Shown here one piece after another: positions 1 through 9,084 of a stretch of 64,000 nt of DNA. Position 1 is the first letter of the stretch; each line of letters begins with the position of its first letter. Under the pieces are notes generated by a model, which worked only from the letters and a program-made list of their open reading frames with translations, was not told the DNA's origin and did no database searches. Source of the DNA: Vulcanimicrobiota bacterium (GTDB taxonomy: Bacteria > Vulcanimicrobiota > Vulcanimicrobiia > Vulcanimicrobiales > Vulcanimicrobiaceae); NCBI GenBank assembly GCA_963795695.1, contig CAWCJH010000002.1:701241-765240 (forward strand), read 5' to 3'. The position numbers and the translations under genes were made by a program.

Positions 1-796
1 CGGCCTGTGGATCGCGGCGCTGCTGGTGCTGGTCCGGCCGCGCAACCCGCTGCTCGCCTGGACCTCGCTGCCGCTGGCGCTGCTGCTGTTCGTGCTCAAC
101 TTCCACGAGCGGATCGAGCTGCACTGGATCTTCGGCCCCTACGTCTCGCTCTGCATCGGGATGGGGGTCGCCTTCGAGTCGCTCTCGCACCGCGCGCGGG
201 TGCTCTGGGCGACCGCCGGCGCGGTGCCGGCGGCGGTGCTGATCCCGTTCCTGTTCGCCGCGGCGGCGTTCCCCGGGCCGCTCTACGAGCAGTTCCGCGC
301 CACCGGCTCGACCCTGCGCAACACCGGGCCGTTCGAGATCTTCACCTACTGGCCGCTGGCCCAGGACGTGCGCCGGATGGCCGACGCCAACGACGCGGTC
401 GTGGTCACCGACGGCTACGGCTTCTCCTCGCAGATGGACTACGAGGCGGGGATCCCGCCGGTGGTGATCGGCTACGACCACCAGGGCCAGGAATCCAAGC
501 ACTGGTACGACGCGGCGATGCAGCCCAAGCGGCTGCTGTTCGTCGACAAGGAGCCGCTGGTGCCGCGCCTGGGCCATCCCGACGACAAGAACGGCCGGCC
601 CGACTTTCAGCGCCGGCTCGCGCTGGCGTGCGGCGAGGTGCGGCCGGGACCGGACCTCGAGTACTCCTACACCGACCCGACCGGCCACACCGTGCCGGCC
701 CGCACCTACTTCCTGACCTGGTGCGAGGACCCGCGGCCGAACGCGCTGAGCATCCTGCGCTGGGAAGACGACCCGACCCGGACGGCGGCCAAGTAG
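1..796 (+). CDS. C-terminal part of a polytopic membrane glycosyltransferase-like protein (GT39/ArnT-PMT-like, tentative); 5' end lies outside the window
   Basis: Frame-2 ORF open from the window edge to TAG at 794-796. Hydrophobic helices are followed by a soluble C-terminal domain. The family assignment is a guess from the architecture only. Confidence 0.45.
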   Translation, partial: GLWIAALLVLVRPRNPLLAWTSLPLALLLFVLNFHERIELHWIFGPYVSLCIGMGVAFESLSHRARVLWATAGAVPAAVLIPFLFAAAAFPGPLYEQFRATGSTLRNTGPFEIFTYWPLAQDVRRMADANDAVVVTDGYGFSSQMDYEAGIPPVVIGYDHQGQESKHWYDAAMQPKRLLFVDKEPLVPRLGHPDDKNGRPDFQRRLALACGEVRPGPDLEYSYTDPTGHTVPARTYFLTWCEDPRPNALSILRWEDDPTRTAAK

Positions 797-1338
797 TGCT
801 CGACTACATCCCGCTCACGGCGCTGGCCGGCAAGCGCCGGACGACCGCCGAGCTGCGCGCGCTGGCCTGCGAGCGGATGCGGCGCCTCGGCTACCCCTAC
901 GTCGCGACCGAGTTCTCGCCCAGCGCCAGCGGCTGCCGGGTCGACGTGATCGGCCTGGGCCGCTACACCCGCCAGGTCCGCATCTACGAGGTCAAGTCGT
1001 CGCGGGCCGACTTCCTGGCCGACGCCAAGTGGGAGTCGTACCTGCCGTACGCGACCCACTTCGCATTCGTCGCGCCGGCCGGCGCGATCCAGCGCTGGGA
1101 GCTGGACCGCGACATCGGGCTGATCGAGTACGGCCACCCCGCCTTCGAGCGGATGCTGGCCAACCGCCGCTACGGCTTCTTGGTCCGGCCGGACGACGCG
1201 CTGCGCGCGTCCAAGCCCGCCCGCCGGCTGCGCGAGGCGGTCGACGACGCGCGCTGGAGCGCGATCCTCGAGGCGATCGCGTTCGCGCGCACGCTGCCCC
1301 CCGACGAGCTCACCTTCACCGACGGAGCCGGCATTTGA
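796..1338 (+). CDS. MmcB-like PD-(D/E)xK fold protein (hypothetical)
   Basis: GTG at 796 follows the upstream stop directly. The segment RVDVIG...RIYEVKSSRADF...KWESY fits the D...ExK signature of the MmcB family. High GC at third codon positions. Confidence 0.45.
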   Translation: MLDYIPLTALAGKRRTTAELRALACERMRRLGYPYVATEFSPSASGCRVDVIGLGRYTRQVRIYEVKSSRADFLADAKWESYLPYATHFAFVAPAGAIQRWELDRDIGLIEYGHPAFERMLANRRYGFLVRPDDALRASKPARRLREAVDDARWSAILEAIAFARTLPPDELTFTDGAGI

Positions 1339-1355
1339 GCGTTCACCGTTCCTTC

Positions 1356-3851
1356 GTGCTACCGGGCGCGCGCCCGCAGTACGGGCCCGACAAGCTCGTG
1401 ACCGTGCTGCACATCGACCTGCACCTGCGCCCGGACCTGGGCGCCAAGCGGCTCGAGGGCGTCTGCACGACCAGCGTGCGGGCGATCGAGGACGGTGTCG
1501 GCCGGCTCGTGCTCGACGCGGTCGACCTCGACGTGCGCGCCGTGCGCCGGGCCGGCGGCGCGGCGCTGCCGTTCCGCAGCACCAGCGAGACGCTCGAGCT
1601 GACCGTCGAGCCGCCGCTGCGGCGCGGCGAGGAGCTCGTCTTCGCGGTCGAGTACGCGGCCGAGAACCCGCGCCGCGGCCTGTACTTCATCGAGCGCGAG
1701 CCCAAGCACGCCTGGACCCAGAGCCAGGACTCCGACGCGCGCTTCTGGTTCCCGTGCTTCGACTACCCGGCCGACAAGCAGACCACCTCGACCACGATCG
1801 TCGTGCCGGCGGGCCAGTTCGCGCTGGGCAACGGCGCGCTGGTCGAGCGCAGCGAGCGCGGCGGCGAGACGGTCTTCCGCTACGAGCAGCGCGTGCCGCA
1901 CCCGACCTACCTGATGACGATGGTCGCCGGCAGCTTCAGCGAGGTCGCGCAGGCGCACCCGCGGCTGCCGGTGTGGTACTACGTGGCGCCCGGCCGCGAG
2001 GCCGACGGCGAGCGCGCGTTCGGCAAGACGCCGCAGATGATCGAGGCGTTCGAGCGGGTGATCGGCGTCCCGTACGCCTACGAGCGCTACTCGCAGATCG
2101 CGGTCGCCGACTTCATCTTCGGCGGGATGGAGAACACCGCGGCGACGACCCAGACCGACCGCATCCTGCACGACGAGCGCGCGCACCTCGACTACTCGGC
2201 CGACTTCCTGGTCTCGCACGAGCTCGCCCACCAGTGGTTCGGCGACCTCGTCACCTGCCGCGACTGGTCGCACGCCTGGCTCAACGAAGGCTTCGCGACC
2301 TACTTCGAGGCGGTCTGGCTCGAGGCCGACCAGGGCTGGGACGAGTACGCCTACGACGTCTACGGCATCGTGCAGCGCTATCTCGAAGAGGACGGCGAGC
2401 GCTACCGCCGCCCGATCGTCTGCAACGTCTTCCGCGACCCGATCGAGCTGTTCGACCGCCACCTCTACGAGAAGGGCGGCGCGGTGCTGCACATGCTGCG
2501 CGGCGAGCTGGGCTGGGAGCGCACGAAGCGCGCCTTCAAACGATACGTGAGCGACAACGCGCAGCGCAACGTCGAGACGATCGACCTGATCCGCGCGATC
2601 GAGGCCGAGACCGGCCGCAACACGCGCCGCTTCTTCGCCCAGTGGGTCGAGCGCGGCGGCCACCCCGAGCTCGAGGTGTCCTACACGTGGGACGGCGAGC
2701 GCAAGACCGCGCTGCTGACGGTCGCCCAGAAGCAGACCATCGATCACGAGCACCCGGCCTACGCGTTCGACCTCGAGGTCGGCTTCGTGCTCGACCCGCC
2801 CGAGGCGATCGGCACCGATTTCGGGCCCGGCCCGCTGCCGGGCGAGACCCGGGTGCGGCTCGGGGTCGAGGGCGCGGCGCGGACGTTCGCGATCCCGCTC
2901 GAGCGCGCGCCGGGCCTGGTCCGGGTCGATCCCGCGGCCTGGATCCTGTGCGCCTGGACCTCGTCGCTGGGCACCGACGCGCACGCCGCGATCCTGCGCC
3001 ACGATCCCTCGCCCAGCGCCCGCATCCGCGCCGCCAAGGCGCTGGCGAAGGACGCCGGCCGGCGCGCCCGCGAGGCGCTCGCCGCGGCGCTCGGCCGCGA
3101 CCCGTTCTGGGGCGTGGGGGTCGAGGTGGCCGCGGCGCTGGGCAGCGTGCCCGGGCCGTCGGCGCGCGCGGCGCTGCTGGCCAACCTCGCCCACCCGCAT
3201 CCCAAGGTCCGGCGCGCGGTCGCCGAGGCGCTGGGCGCGTGGCGCGACCCCGAGGTCGCCGGCGCCCTGCTCGGCCTGCGCGAGGACGCCTCGTACTTCG
3301 TCGTCGGCGCGGCGCTGCACAGCCTGGGCAAGACCCGCGACCCCCGCGCGCTCGACGCGCTCGTCGCAGCCCTGGCGACGCCGTCCTGGAACGATACGAT
3401 CGCCGCCGGCGCGCTGCTGGGCCTGGGCGAGCTGGCCGACGCGCGCGCCCTGCCGCCGCTGCTCGACGCGCTCGACCCGCAGCGCACGGAGCCGCGGCGC
3501 CGGGCCGCGGCCACCGCCGTGGCCCGGCTCGGCGGGCAGCTCGACGCCGTCCGCACCGCGGCGGTCGAGGGGATCGCCCGTGCGCTGCGCGACCCCGGCT
3601 ACCTGGTCCGGCTGGCGGCTTACCGGGCCGCCGAACGGCTCGGCGACGCCCGGCTGCTGCCGCTGCTCGACCGGCTGGCGCAGACCGAGACCGACGGCCG
3701 GCTGCGGCGCGACGCGACCGAGGCGGCGATCCGGATTCGCGAGGAAGCGGAGAAGCCGGCCGAGCTGGCCCGCCTGCGCGAGGAACTCGACCGCTTGCGC
3801 AGCGAGTCGCTCAGCCTGCGCGAACGGCTCGACGCGCTCAGCCCGACGTGA
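1356..3851 (+). CDS. pepN: M1-family zinc aminopeptidase (aminopeptidase N-like) with C-terminal HEAT/PBS-lyase repeats and a coiled-coil tail
   Basis: GAMEN-like motif (FIFGGMENTAATT). HELAHQWFGD...WLNEGFATYFE zinc-binding HExxH-(18)-E motif. The C-terminus carries repeated 'VRRAVAEALG'-type HEAT repeats. The start is set at GTG 1356, but earlier in-frame starts that overlap the upstream gene remain possible. Confidence 0.85.
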   Translation: MLPGARPQYGPDKLVTVLHIDLHLRPDLGAKRLEGVCTTSVRAIEDGVGRLVLDAVDLDVRAVRRAGGAALPFRSTSETLELTVEPPLRRGEELVFAVEYAAENPRRGLYFIEREPKHAWTQSQDSDARFWFPCFDYPADKQTTSTTIVVPAGQFALGNGALVERSERGGETVFRYEQRVPHPTYLMTMVAGSFSEVAQAHPRLPVWYYVAPGREADGERAFGKTPQMIEAFERVIGVPYAYERYSQIAVADFIFGGMENTAATTQTDRILHDERAHLDYSADFLVSHELAHQWFGDLVTCRDWSHAWLNEGFATYFEAVWLEADQGWDEYAYDVYGIVQRYLEEDGERYRRPIVCNVFRDPIELFDRHLYEKGGAVLHMLRGELGWERTKRAFKRYVSDNAQRNVETIDLIRAIEAETGRNTRRFFAQWVERGGHPELEVSYTWDGERKTALLTVAQKQTIDHEHPAYAFDLEVGFVLDPPEAIGTDFGPGPLPGETRVRLGVEGAARTFAIPLERAPGLVRVDPAAWILCAWTSSLGTDAHAAILRHDPSPSARIRAAKALAKDAGRRAREALAAALGRDPFWGVGVEVAAALGSVPGPSARAALLANLAHPHPKVRRAVAEALGAWRDPEVAGALLGLREDASYFVVGAALHSLGKTRDPRALDALVAALATPSWNDTIAAGALLGLGELADARALPPLLDALDPQRTEPRRRAAATAVARLGGQLDAVRTAAVEGIARALRDPGYLVRLAAYRAAERLGDARLLPLLDRLAQTETDGRLRRDATEAAIRIREEAEKPAELARLREELDRLRSESLSLRERLDALSPT

Positions 3852-5311
3852 TCGACCGGCTTCGGCTGGCCGCCGCGGCGCTCGCGCTCGCGGCGGTCGC
3901 GGCATGCGCTCACCCCCCGGCGCCGCGGCGGCCGGCGAGCGGACCGACCCCGATCGCCGCCGCGCCGAGCGCGCCGGCCTGGAGCGCCGGCGACGTCCGC
4001 GTGCTGCAGGCGCGGCTGCGCGGCGTGCTCGGCGCCTCGGCGCTGGCGACCAGCGGCATCGCGGTGGTCGACGCCGGCGGCCGGCCGCTGTTCGCCCGCC
4101 GCGAGCGCACCCCGATGACGCCGGCCTCGACCTTCAAGGTGCTGGTCGGCGCGACCGCGCTCGAGACGCTCGGCCCGCGCTTCCGCTTCGTGACGACGCT
4201 CGAGGCGCTCGACGATCCCGCCGCCGGGACGCTCGCGGGCGACCTCTACCTGGTCGGCAGCGGCGACCCGCTGCTCACCCGCGACGACCTGCGCGGCGGC
4301 ATCGGCACCCTCGCGCGCGCCGGCGTGCGCGCGATCACCGGCGGCGTCGTCGCCGACGGCAGCCTCTTCGCGGGTCCCGAGCAGAACCGCGCCTGGGTCG
4401 CCGACGACCTGCAGTACGGCTACGCCGCCGGCACCAGCGCGCTCTCGCTCGACCAGGGCACGGTGGAGTTCCACCTGGTGCCGACCAGCGTCGGCGCGCC
4501 GGCCCGCATCCTCACCTTGCCGCCCTCCGACCTGGTGCGGACCAGCGGCGCGGTGCTGACCTCGTACGCGACGCTGCTCTCGATCACGCGCGCGCCGGAC
4601 CGCAACGACTTCACCTTCGACGGCCGCGTCGCCGCCGGCGCGGAGCAGTCGTTCTGGCGGCCGGTGACCGACCTGCCGCTCTACGCCGCCTCGGTCGCGC
4701 GCACCATGCTGCGCGCGCGCGGCATCGCGGTCGGCGCGCGCGCCCGGACCGGCCTCGCGCCGCTCACCCCGGCCGTGCTGTGGAAGCACCGCTCGCCGCC
4801 GCTGCAGGCGCTCGTCCACCAGATGTTCCTCGAGTCGAACAACCACTTCGCCGAGCAGCTCCTGCGCGCGGTCGGTGCGACCCGCGGCAGCGGTACGGAA
4901 ACCGCCGGCGGCACCGTCGAGCGCGCCGTGCTCGAGCGCGACGGCGTGCCGCAGGGCGGCCTGCGGATCGTCGACGGCAGCGGCCTCGCGCCGAGCGACC
5001 GGGTCGCGCCGCTGACGCTGGCCGAATTGCTCGCGCGCACCGCCGCCGAGCCGATCGGGCCGACCTTCGTCGACACGCTGCCGCGGGTCGGGATCGAGGG
5101 CACCGTGCGCTGGCGCCGGCTGACCGACGCGCTGGGCCGGGCGCGCGCGAAGAGCGGCCACATCGAGAACGTCAACGCGCTGGCCGGCTACGTGCAGACC
5201 CGCCGCCACGGCCGGGTCGCCTTCGCGATCCTGGTCAACGACCGCCGCGCCGATGACGGCCCGGTCGACGAGGGGATCGACGAGGCGCTGGACGTGCTGG
5301 CGCGGAGCTAG
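3848..5311 (+). CDS. dacB: D-alanyl-D-alanine carboxypeptidase/endopeptidase (PBP4, S13 family) lipoprotein
   Basis: GTG at 3848 overlaps the pepN stop as GTGA. Signal peptide with a lipobox-like AAC. STFK (SxxK), SNN (LESNNHF) and KSG active-site triad motifs are present. Confidence 0.85.
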   Translation: MIDRLRLAAAALALAAVAACAHPPAPRRPASGPTPIAAAPSAPAWSAGDVRVLQARLRGVLGASALATSGIAVVDAGGRPLFARRERTPMTPASTFKVLVGATALETLGPRFRFVTTLEALDDPAAGTLAGDLYLVGSGDPLLTRDDLRGGIGTLARAGVRAITGGVVADGSLFAGPEQNRAWVADDLQYGYAAGTSALSLDQGTVEFHLVPTSVGAPARILTLPPSDLVRTSGAVLTSYATLLSITRAPDRNDFTFDGRVAAGAEQSFWRPVTDLPLYAASVARTMLRARGIAVGARARTGLAPLTPAVLWKHRSPPLQALVHQMFLESNNHFAEQLLRAVGATRGSGTETAGGTVERAVLERDGVPQGGLRIVDGSGLAPSDRVAPLTLAELLARTAAEPIGPTFVDTLPRVGIEGTVRWRRLTDALGRARAKSGHIENVNALAGYVQTRRHGRVAFAILVNDRRADDGPVDEGIDEALDVLARS

Positions 5312-5408
5312 CAGCAAGCACGAAACGTTCGACTCGCACCGGCACGTCGGCGTCGGGATCGGGAATCGCTTCGGGTGGCGCCGCGCGGCCCTGGCGAAAC
5401 TGGGGGCT

Positions 5409-6143
5409 TCAGCCGGCGGAGTAGCGCGTCAGCTCGACGACCTCGGTCAGGCCGGCCGCCTCAGCCCGTGCCCGCTGCCGCCGAATGTAGGCGAACGTCC
5501 ACCCGATCGTGCCGAGCGTGATTGCGCCCAGGACCAGCGGGCCGAGCACGAGGACGGCCGCCGCAGGAAGCGTGTACGCCATCGTTGCGCGCAGCACGAA
5601 TTCGAGCGCGTACGCGCAGCCCCAGACCAGCGTGATGAGGCGGTTGGCGGCGCGGAAGCCGGGTCTGGCCCAGTTCGCATCGTAGGCGGTGCTCGCGCGC
5701 GGATCGCCGTGGGCCGCGAACCAGCGCCCGAAGTAGAACATGAGCGGACGCGGCAGCGCGAACGAGGCGAAGCACGCGAGGGCGAGCGCCGCGCTGGTGA
5801 ACGACTCACGGATGAGCAGGATCTTCGGCCCACCGCCCAGCGCGAGGCCGACCGCGCTCACGGCCAGACCGAACAGCACGATCCCCGCGATCGGGTCGAG
5901 TGCCCGGCGCCGCAGGAGGCCCGCCACCGCGACGAGCGCGGGGAAGAGCGCCGCGAGGATGAGCGCCGGCCCCTCGCCCAGGTGCCCGCGCCGGGTGGCG
6001 ATGAGGAAGACGATCGCCGGAACCGCCGCGTTCAGCCCGGCATCGACGAGCACGGCACGGCGGCCGAAACCGCGCTCAGGGCTTGCTTGCGAACGGGGTG
6101 CCGGCGGCGCGTCCGGCGGCGGAGTCGCTGGGTGAAGCATCAT
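5409..6143 (-). CDS. polytopic inner-membrane protein of unknown function (VC0807/DUF3159-like, tentative)
   Basis: Six or more hydrophobic helices. ATG at 6143 chosen (MMLHP...); the track ORF extends to 6206. Confidence 0.5.
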   Translation of the reverse strand: MMLHPATPPPDAPPAPRSQASPERGFGRRAVLVDAGLNAAVPAIVFLIATRRGHLGEGPALILAALFPALVAVAGLLRRRALDPIAGIVLFGLAVSAVGLALGGGPKILLIRESFTSAALALACFASFALPRPLMFYFGRWFAAHGDPRASTAYDANWARPGFRAANRLITLVWGCAYALEFVLRATMAYTLPAAAVLVLGPLVLGAITLGTIGWTFAYIRRQRARAEAAGLTEVVELTRYSAG

Positions 6144-6233
6144 GGTCCCTCGTGAGGCATAGCACGTACGGGACGACGACCGTGAAAGATTCGCGTCATC
6201 GGTCATCGCCGCCTCATGGTCGGGTCCTCGGCG

Positions 6234-8972
6234 TCACCGGACGCGCAGCTCGTAGGTGAAGAAGATGCGCCGGTAGGGCAGCCCGAACCGCTCGGTCGCG
6301 GCGGTACCCGTGTAGGGTGCGTAGGCCGCCGCGGTGGCGTACTGGTTGAGTGCGAGCGGGACGCCTTCGTAGCGCAGGCCGCGGATGTCGGCGTACTGGT
6401 CGAACAGGTTGTCGACCGCGACCGAGAGCAGGCCGCTGCCGCTGCGCAGCGCCAGCCGCAGGTCGCTGTAGCCGTACGCCGGCAGCGCTTTGGTGTTGTT
6501 GGCCGAGACGCCGTGGAAGGTGTAGCGCAGGTCGACGCCGCGGCCGACGAGGCGGTCGAGGGCGAGGTCGTAGTTGTGCAGCGGCAGGCGCGGCAGCTGG
6601 CTGCCCGGGATCAGCGTCGTGTTCGATTTCAGCAGCGGGGCCGGCGCGGAGACCAGGAACGTCGAGTCGGTCGTCCAGTCGTAGTCGAGGAAGGTCCGGC
6701 GGTCGAAGCGCTGGCGCCCGGAGAGCGTGACGCCGCGCGCTTCGAGCGCGCCGACGTTGAACGTGCCGGTCACGCCCAGCAGCGAGGGGGCGGCCGAGGA
6801 GCCGCACTTCGCGGCGACCGCCGCGAGCTGCTGGGCCAGGAAGGCCGGGTCGACGAAGCTCGAGCCGGTCGCGCTGAGCGGCACCAGCGTCGCGTAGAGC
6901 TTGTCGTAGATGTGGGTGTCGTAGAGCGAGACCTGCGCCTGCGAGTCGGCGCCGAACGTGCGCGCGTAGGCGAGCTCCTCGTCGACGCCGCGCTCGGGGT
7001 GGAGCGCCGACGAGGGCACGCTGCCGATCGCGTTGAGCCCGCCGCAGGTGATCGCCGAGCCGCCGCCCGCGCCGCCCAGCACCGTGCCCACGAACGGCTG
7101 GCCGAGCTGGTTGCCGGCCGGCTCGGTCGTGGTCGCGCCGGCCGAGAAGCGGAGCGCTTCCCGCCGGCCGGGCGCGTACACGACCGACGCGCGCGGGTCG
7201 AGCGAGGTCGTATCGGTCGCGCTGGCGTGGCGCAGGAAGGCGTCGGCGAAGATCGTCAGCGGCGAGCCGGGCGCGCGGTAGACGTCGCGCAGCGTCGGGC
7301 CCGTCTCGTGCACGATCGGCGTGCCGAGCGACGACGAGGTGCCGGCGGTCGAGGCCAGGTCGTAGGCGAGGTTGAGGTAGCCGTAGCCCAGGCCGAACAG
7401 GTTCGAGCGGCCGCTGTGGTCGTAGCCGATCGAGGCGCCGGCCTCGGTCTCGAGCCGGTCGGAACGCGAGATCTGCGGCCCTTCGCCGGGCGCGCCGACG
7501 AACGGCAGCGCGTACGAGCGGTCGACGATGTCGTGGTAGCGGTCGGTGAAGGCGTCGGCGTGGAAGCTGCCGCCCGCGGTCGTGCGCTGGTAGGCGAGGT
7601 GCTCGTCGGCGAACGCGAAGGTCTGGGTCGACGGCCCGGCGCCGTCGAAGCCGGTGTTGAACGCGGCGTACTGCTGGGGCGTCTGGCAGGTGAGGCCGCC
7701 GTCCGGCTTGCCGCTCGGGCCGAACCCGTTGGGCTGGCCGTTGGCGTTGGTGGCCACGAACGTGCCCGCCGGGCAGGCCGCCAGGTGCGGGTACGCGCTG
7801 GGTTTGTAGCGGGCCAGGAGCTGGTTGCCGAAGGCGAGCGCCGGCGCGTCGTCGAGGTAGTCGCCGTCGCCGTTGCCGCTCTTGTCCTCGAAGTAGCCGC
7901 TGACCAGCGCCGTGAACGTCAGGCTCGAGGCCGGCTCGGGCGCATAGCTCAGCTTCACCAGGCCGGTGCGCGAGTTCACGCTCGAGTCGTCGTCGTAGAC
8001 GCCGGTCGCGCGCACCGCCGGGTCGGTCGCCGACTGGTCGTAGGCCGCCCCGGGCTGGTAGAGCCGGTCGTGGCGGAGCGGGCCGTCCAGCCCGGCGACC
8101 CCGAACGCGACCGCGTAGCCCAGCCGTCCCGCGGTGCCGGTCGCGCGCAGCGTCGTGGCGCTCTTGTCGAAGCTGCCCCAGCCCTGCGCGACGCTGAACT
8201 GCCGCTCGGTGGTCGGCGCCAGCGTGCGCATGTCGACGATGCCGCCGATGGCGCTGGTGCCGAGCAGGTTGCTGCCCGAGCCGTACGTCACCAGCAGGTC
8301 GCGCAGTCCGGCGGTCGGCGAGAGCTGGAAGTTGTAGCCGCCCGGAAAGCCGAGCGCGATCGGGTGGCCGTCGAGCGCGGTCGTCGTCTCGAGCGCGCCG
8401 ATCCCGCGCAGCTCGAGCGGGATGTCGTCGCCCAGCGCCGCCGTGTCGCCCTTGATCGAGTTCGTGATGCCCGGCAGCTCGCGCAGCGCGTCGCCGGCGC
8501 GCGTGACGCCCGCTTCGACCAGCGCCTGGGCCGGGAGCGCGACCGAGATCGTGCTCGACCGCTGCAGCGACGACGAGGCCGCGGTCGCGGTCGCGCCGAT
8601 CACGCCCAGCGGGCTCGCCGCCGCGGTCCGCTGCAGCGCCAGGGTCACGCCGGCATGCTGGCCGCTCACCAGCGCGAGGTCCGACGACTCGGCCGGCTGG
8701 TAGCCGCCGCGGTCCACCCGCAACCGGTAGACCCCCGGCAGCAGCCCCAGGATGTGGAACGCGCCGTCGGCAGCGGTCGCGACGCGCACGAGCGGGCGGT
8801 CCACGATGACGACTTGCGCGCCCGCCAGCGGCAGCCCGGTCTGGGCGTCGACGACGGTGCCGTCGAGCGCGGCGCTGCCCGCGCCCTGTGCAAGCACGGG
8901 ACAGGCGGCCGCGCAGAGCAGCACGAGCGCGCACGCGACGGACGCAGCGAGCCGCCGGATCATGATGACCAT
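6234..8972 (-). CDS. TonB-dependent-receptor-like outer-membrane beta-barrel protein with an N-terminal carboxypeptidase-regulatory-like (CarbopepD_reg) domain
   Basis: Signal peptide MVIMIRRLAASVACALVLLCAAACPVLA. GTVVDAQTGLPLAGAQVVI...GVYRLRV matches the Cna-B/carboxypeptidase-regulatory fold. A plug-like region (DIPLELRGIG...TALDGHPI) is followed by a long barrel with Gly- and aromatic-rich strands. ATG at 8972. Confidence 0.7.
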   Translation of the reverse strand: MVIMIRRLAASVACALVLLCAAACPVLAQGAGSAALDGTVVDAQTGLPLAGAQVVIVDRPLVRVATAADGAFHILGLLPGVYRLRVDRGGYQPAESSDLALVSGQHAGVTLALQRTAAASPLGVIGATATAASSSLQRSSTISVALPAQALVEAGVTRAGDALRELPGITNSIKGDTAALGDDIPLELRGIGALETTTALDGHPIALGFPGGYNFQLSPTAGLRDLLVTYGSGSNLLGTSAIGGIVDMRTLAPTTERQFSVAQGWGSFDKSATTLRATGTAGRLGYAVAFGVAGLDGPLRHDRLYQPGAAYDQSATDPAVRATGVYDDDSSVNSRTGLVKLSYAPEPASSLTFTALVSGYFEDKSGNGDGDYLDDAPALAFGNQLLARYKPSAYPHLAACPAGTFVATNANGQPNGFGPSGKPDGGLTCQTPQQYAAFNTGFDGAGPSTQTFAFADEHLAYQRTTAGGSFHADAFTDRYHDIVDRSYALPFVGAPGEGPQISRSDRLETEAGASIGYDHSGRSNLFGLGYGYLNLAYDLASTAGTSSSLGTPIVHETGPTLRDVYRAPGSPLTIFADAFLRHASATDTTSLDPRASVVYAPGRREALRFSAGATTTEPAGNQLGQPFVGTVLGGAGGGSAITCGGLNAIGSVPSSALHPERGVDEELAYARTFGADSQAQVSLYDTHIYDKLYATLVPLSATGSSFVDPAFLAQQLAAVAAKCGSSAAPSLLGVTGTFNVGALEARGVTLSGRQRFDRRTFLDYDWTTDSTFLVSAPAPLLKSNTTLIPGSQLPRLPLHNYDLALDRLVGRGVDLRYTFHGVSANNTKALPAYGYSDLRLALRSGSGLLSVAVDNLFDQYADIRGLRYEGVPLALNQYATAAAYAPYTGTAATERFGLPYRRIFFTYELRVR

Positions 8973-8982
8973 CGGACGGTCC
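8972..8982. promoter_or_regulatory. palindrome CGGACgGTCCG in the divergent intergenic region between the OMP gene and tldD
   Basis: Seen directly in the sequence. A second palindrome, GCCCGttCGGGC, lies a few nucleotides downstream. Confidence 0.2.
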
Positions 8983-9084
8983 GTTGCCGGGCGGCGTCCG
9001 CCCGTCCACCGCTCGGGCCCGTTCGGGCCGTTCTCGCGCCCGGCGTTAAAGTAGTGTCGTGGTCCGGCGCCGTAGACGAGGCCG

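Noticed and set aside
1754-5311. 1185-aa plus-strand ORF spanning pepN and dacB
   Set aside because: The first 2 kb is an Arg/Gly/Pro-rich alternate-frame read-through of pepN. Only 3848-5311 (dacB) is a real gene.
5312-5408. Possible bidirectional terminator between dacB and the membrane protein
   Set aside because: No clear GC-rich stem followed by a T-tract. Intrinsic terminators are hard to call by eye in this GC context.
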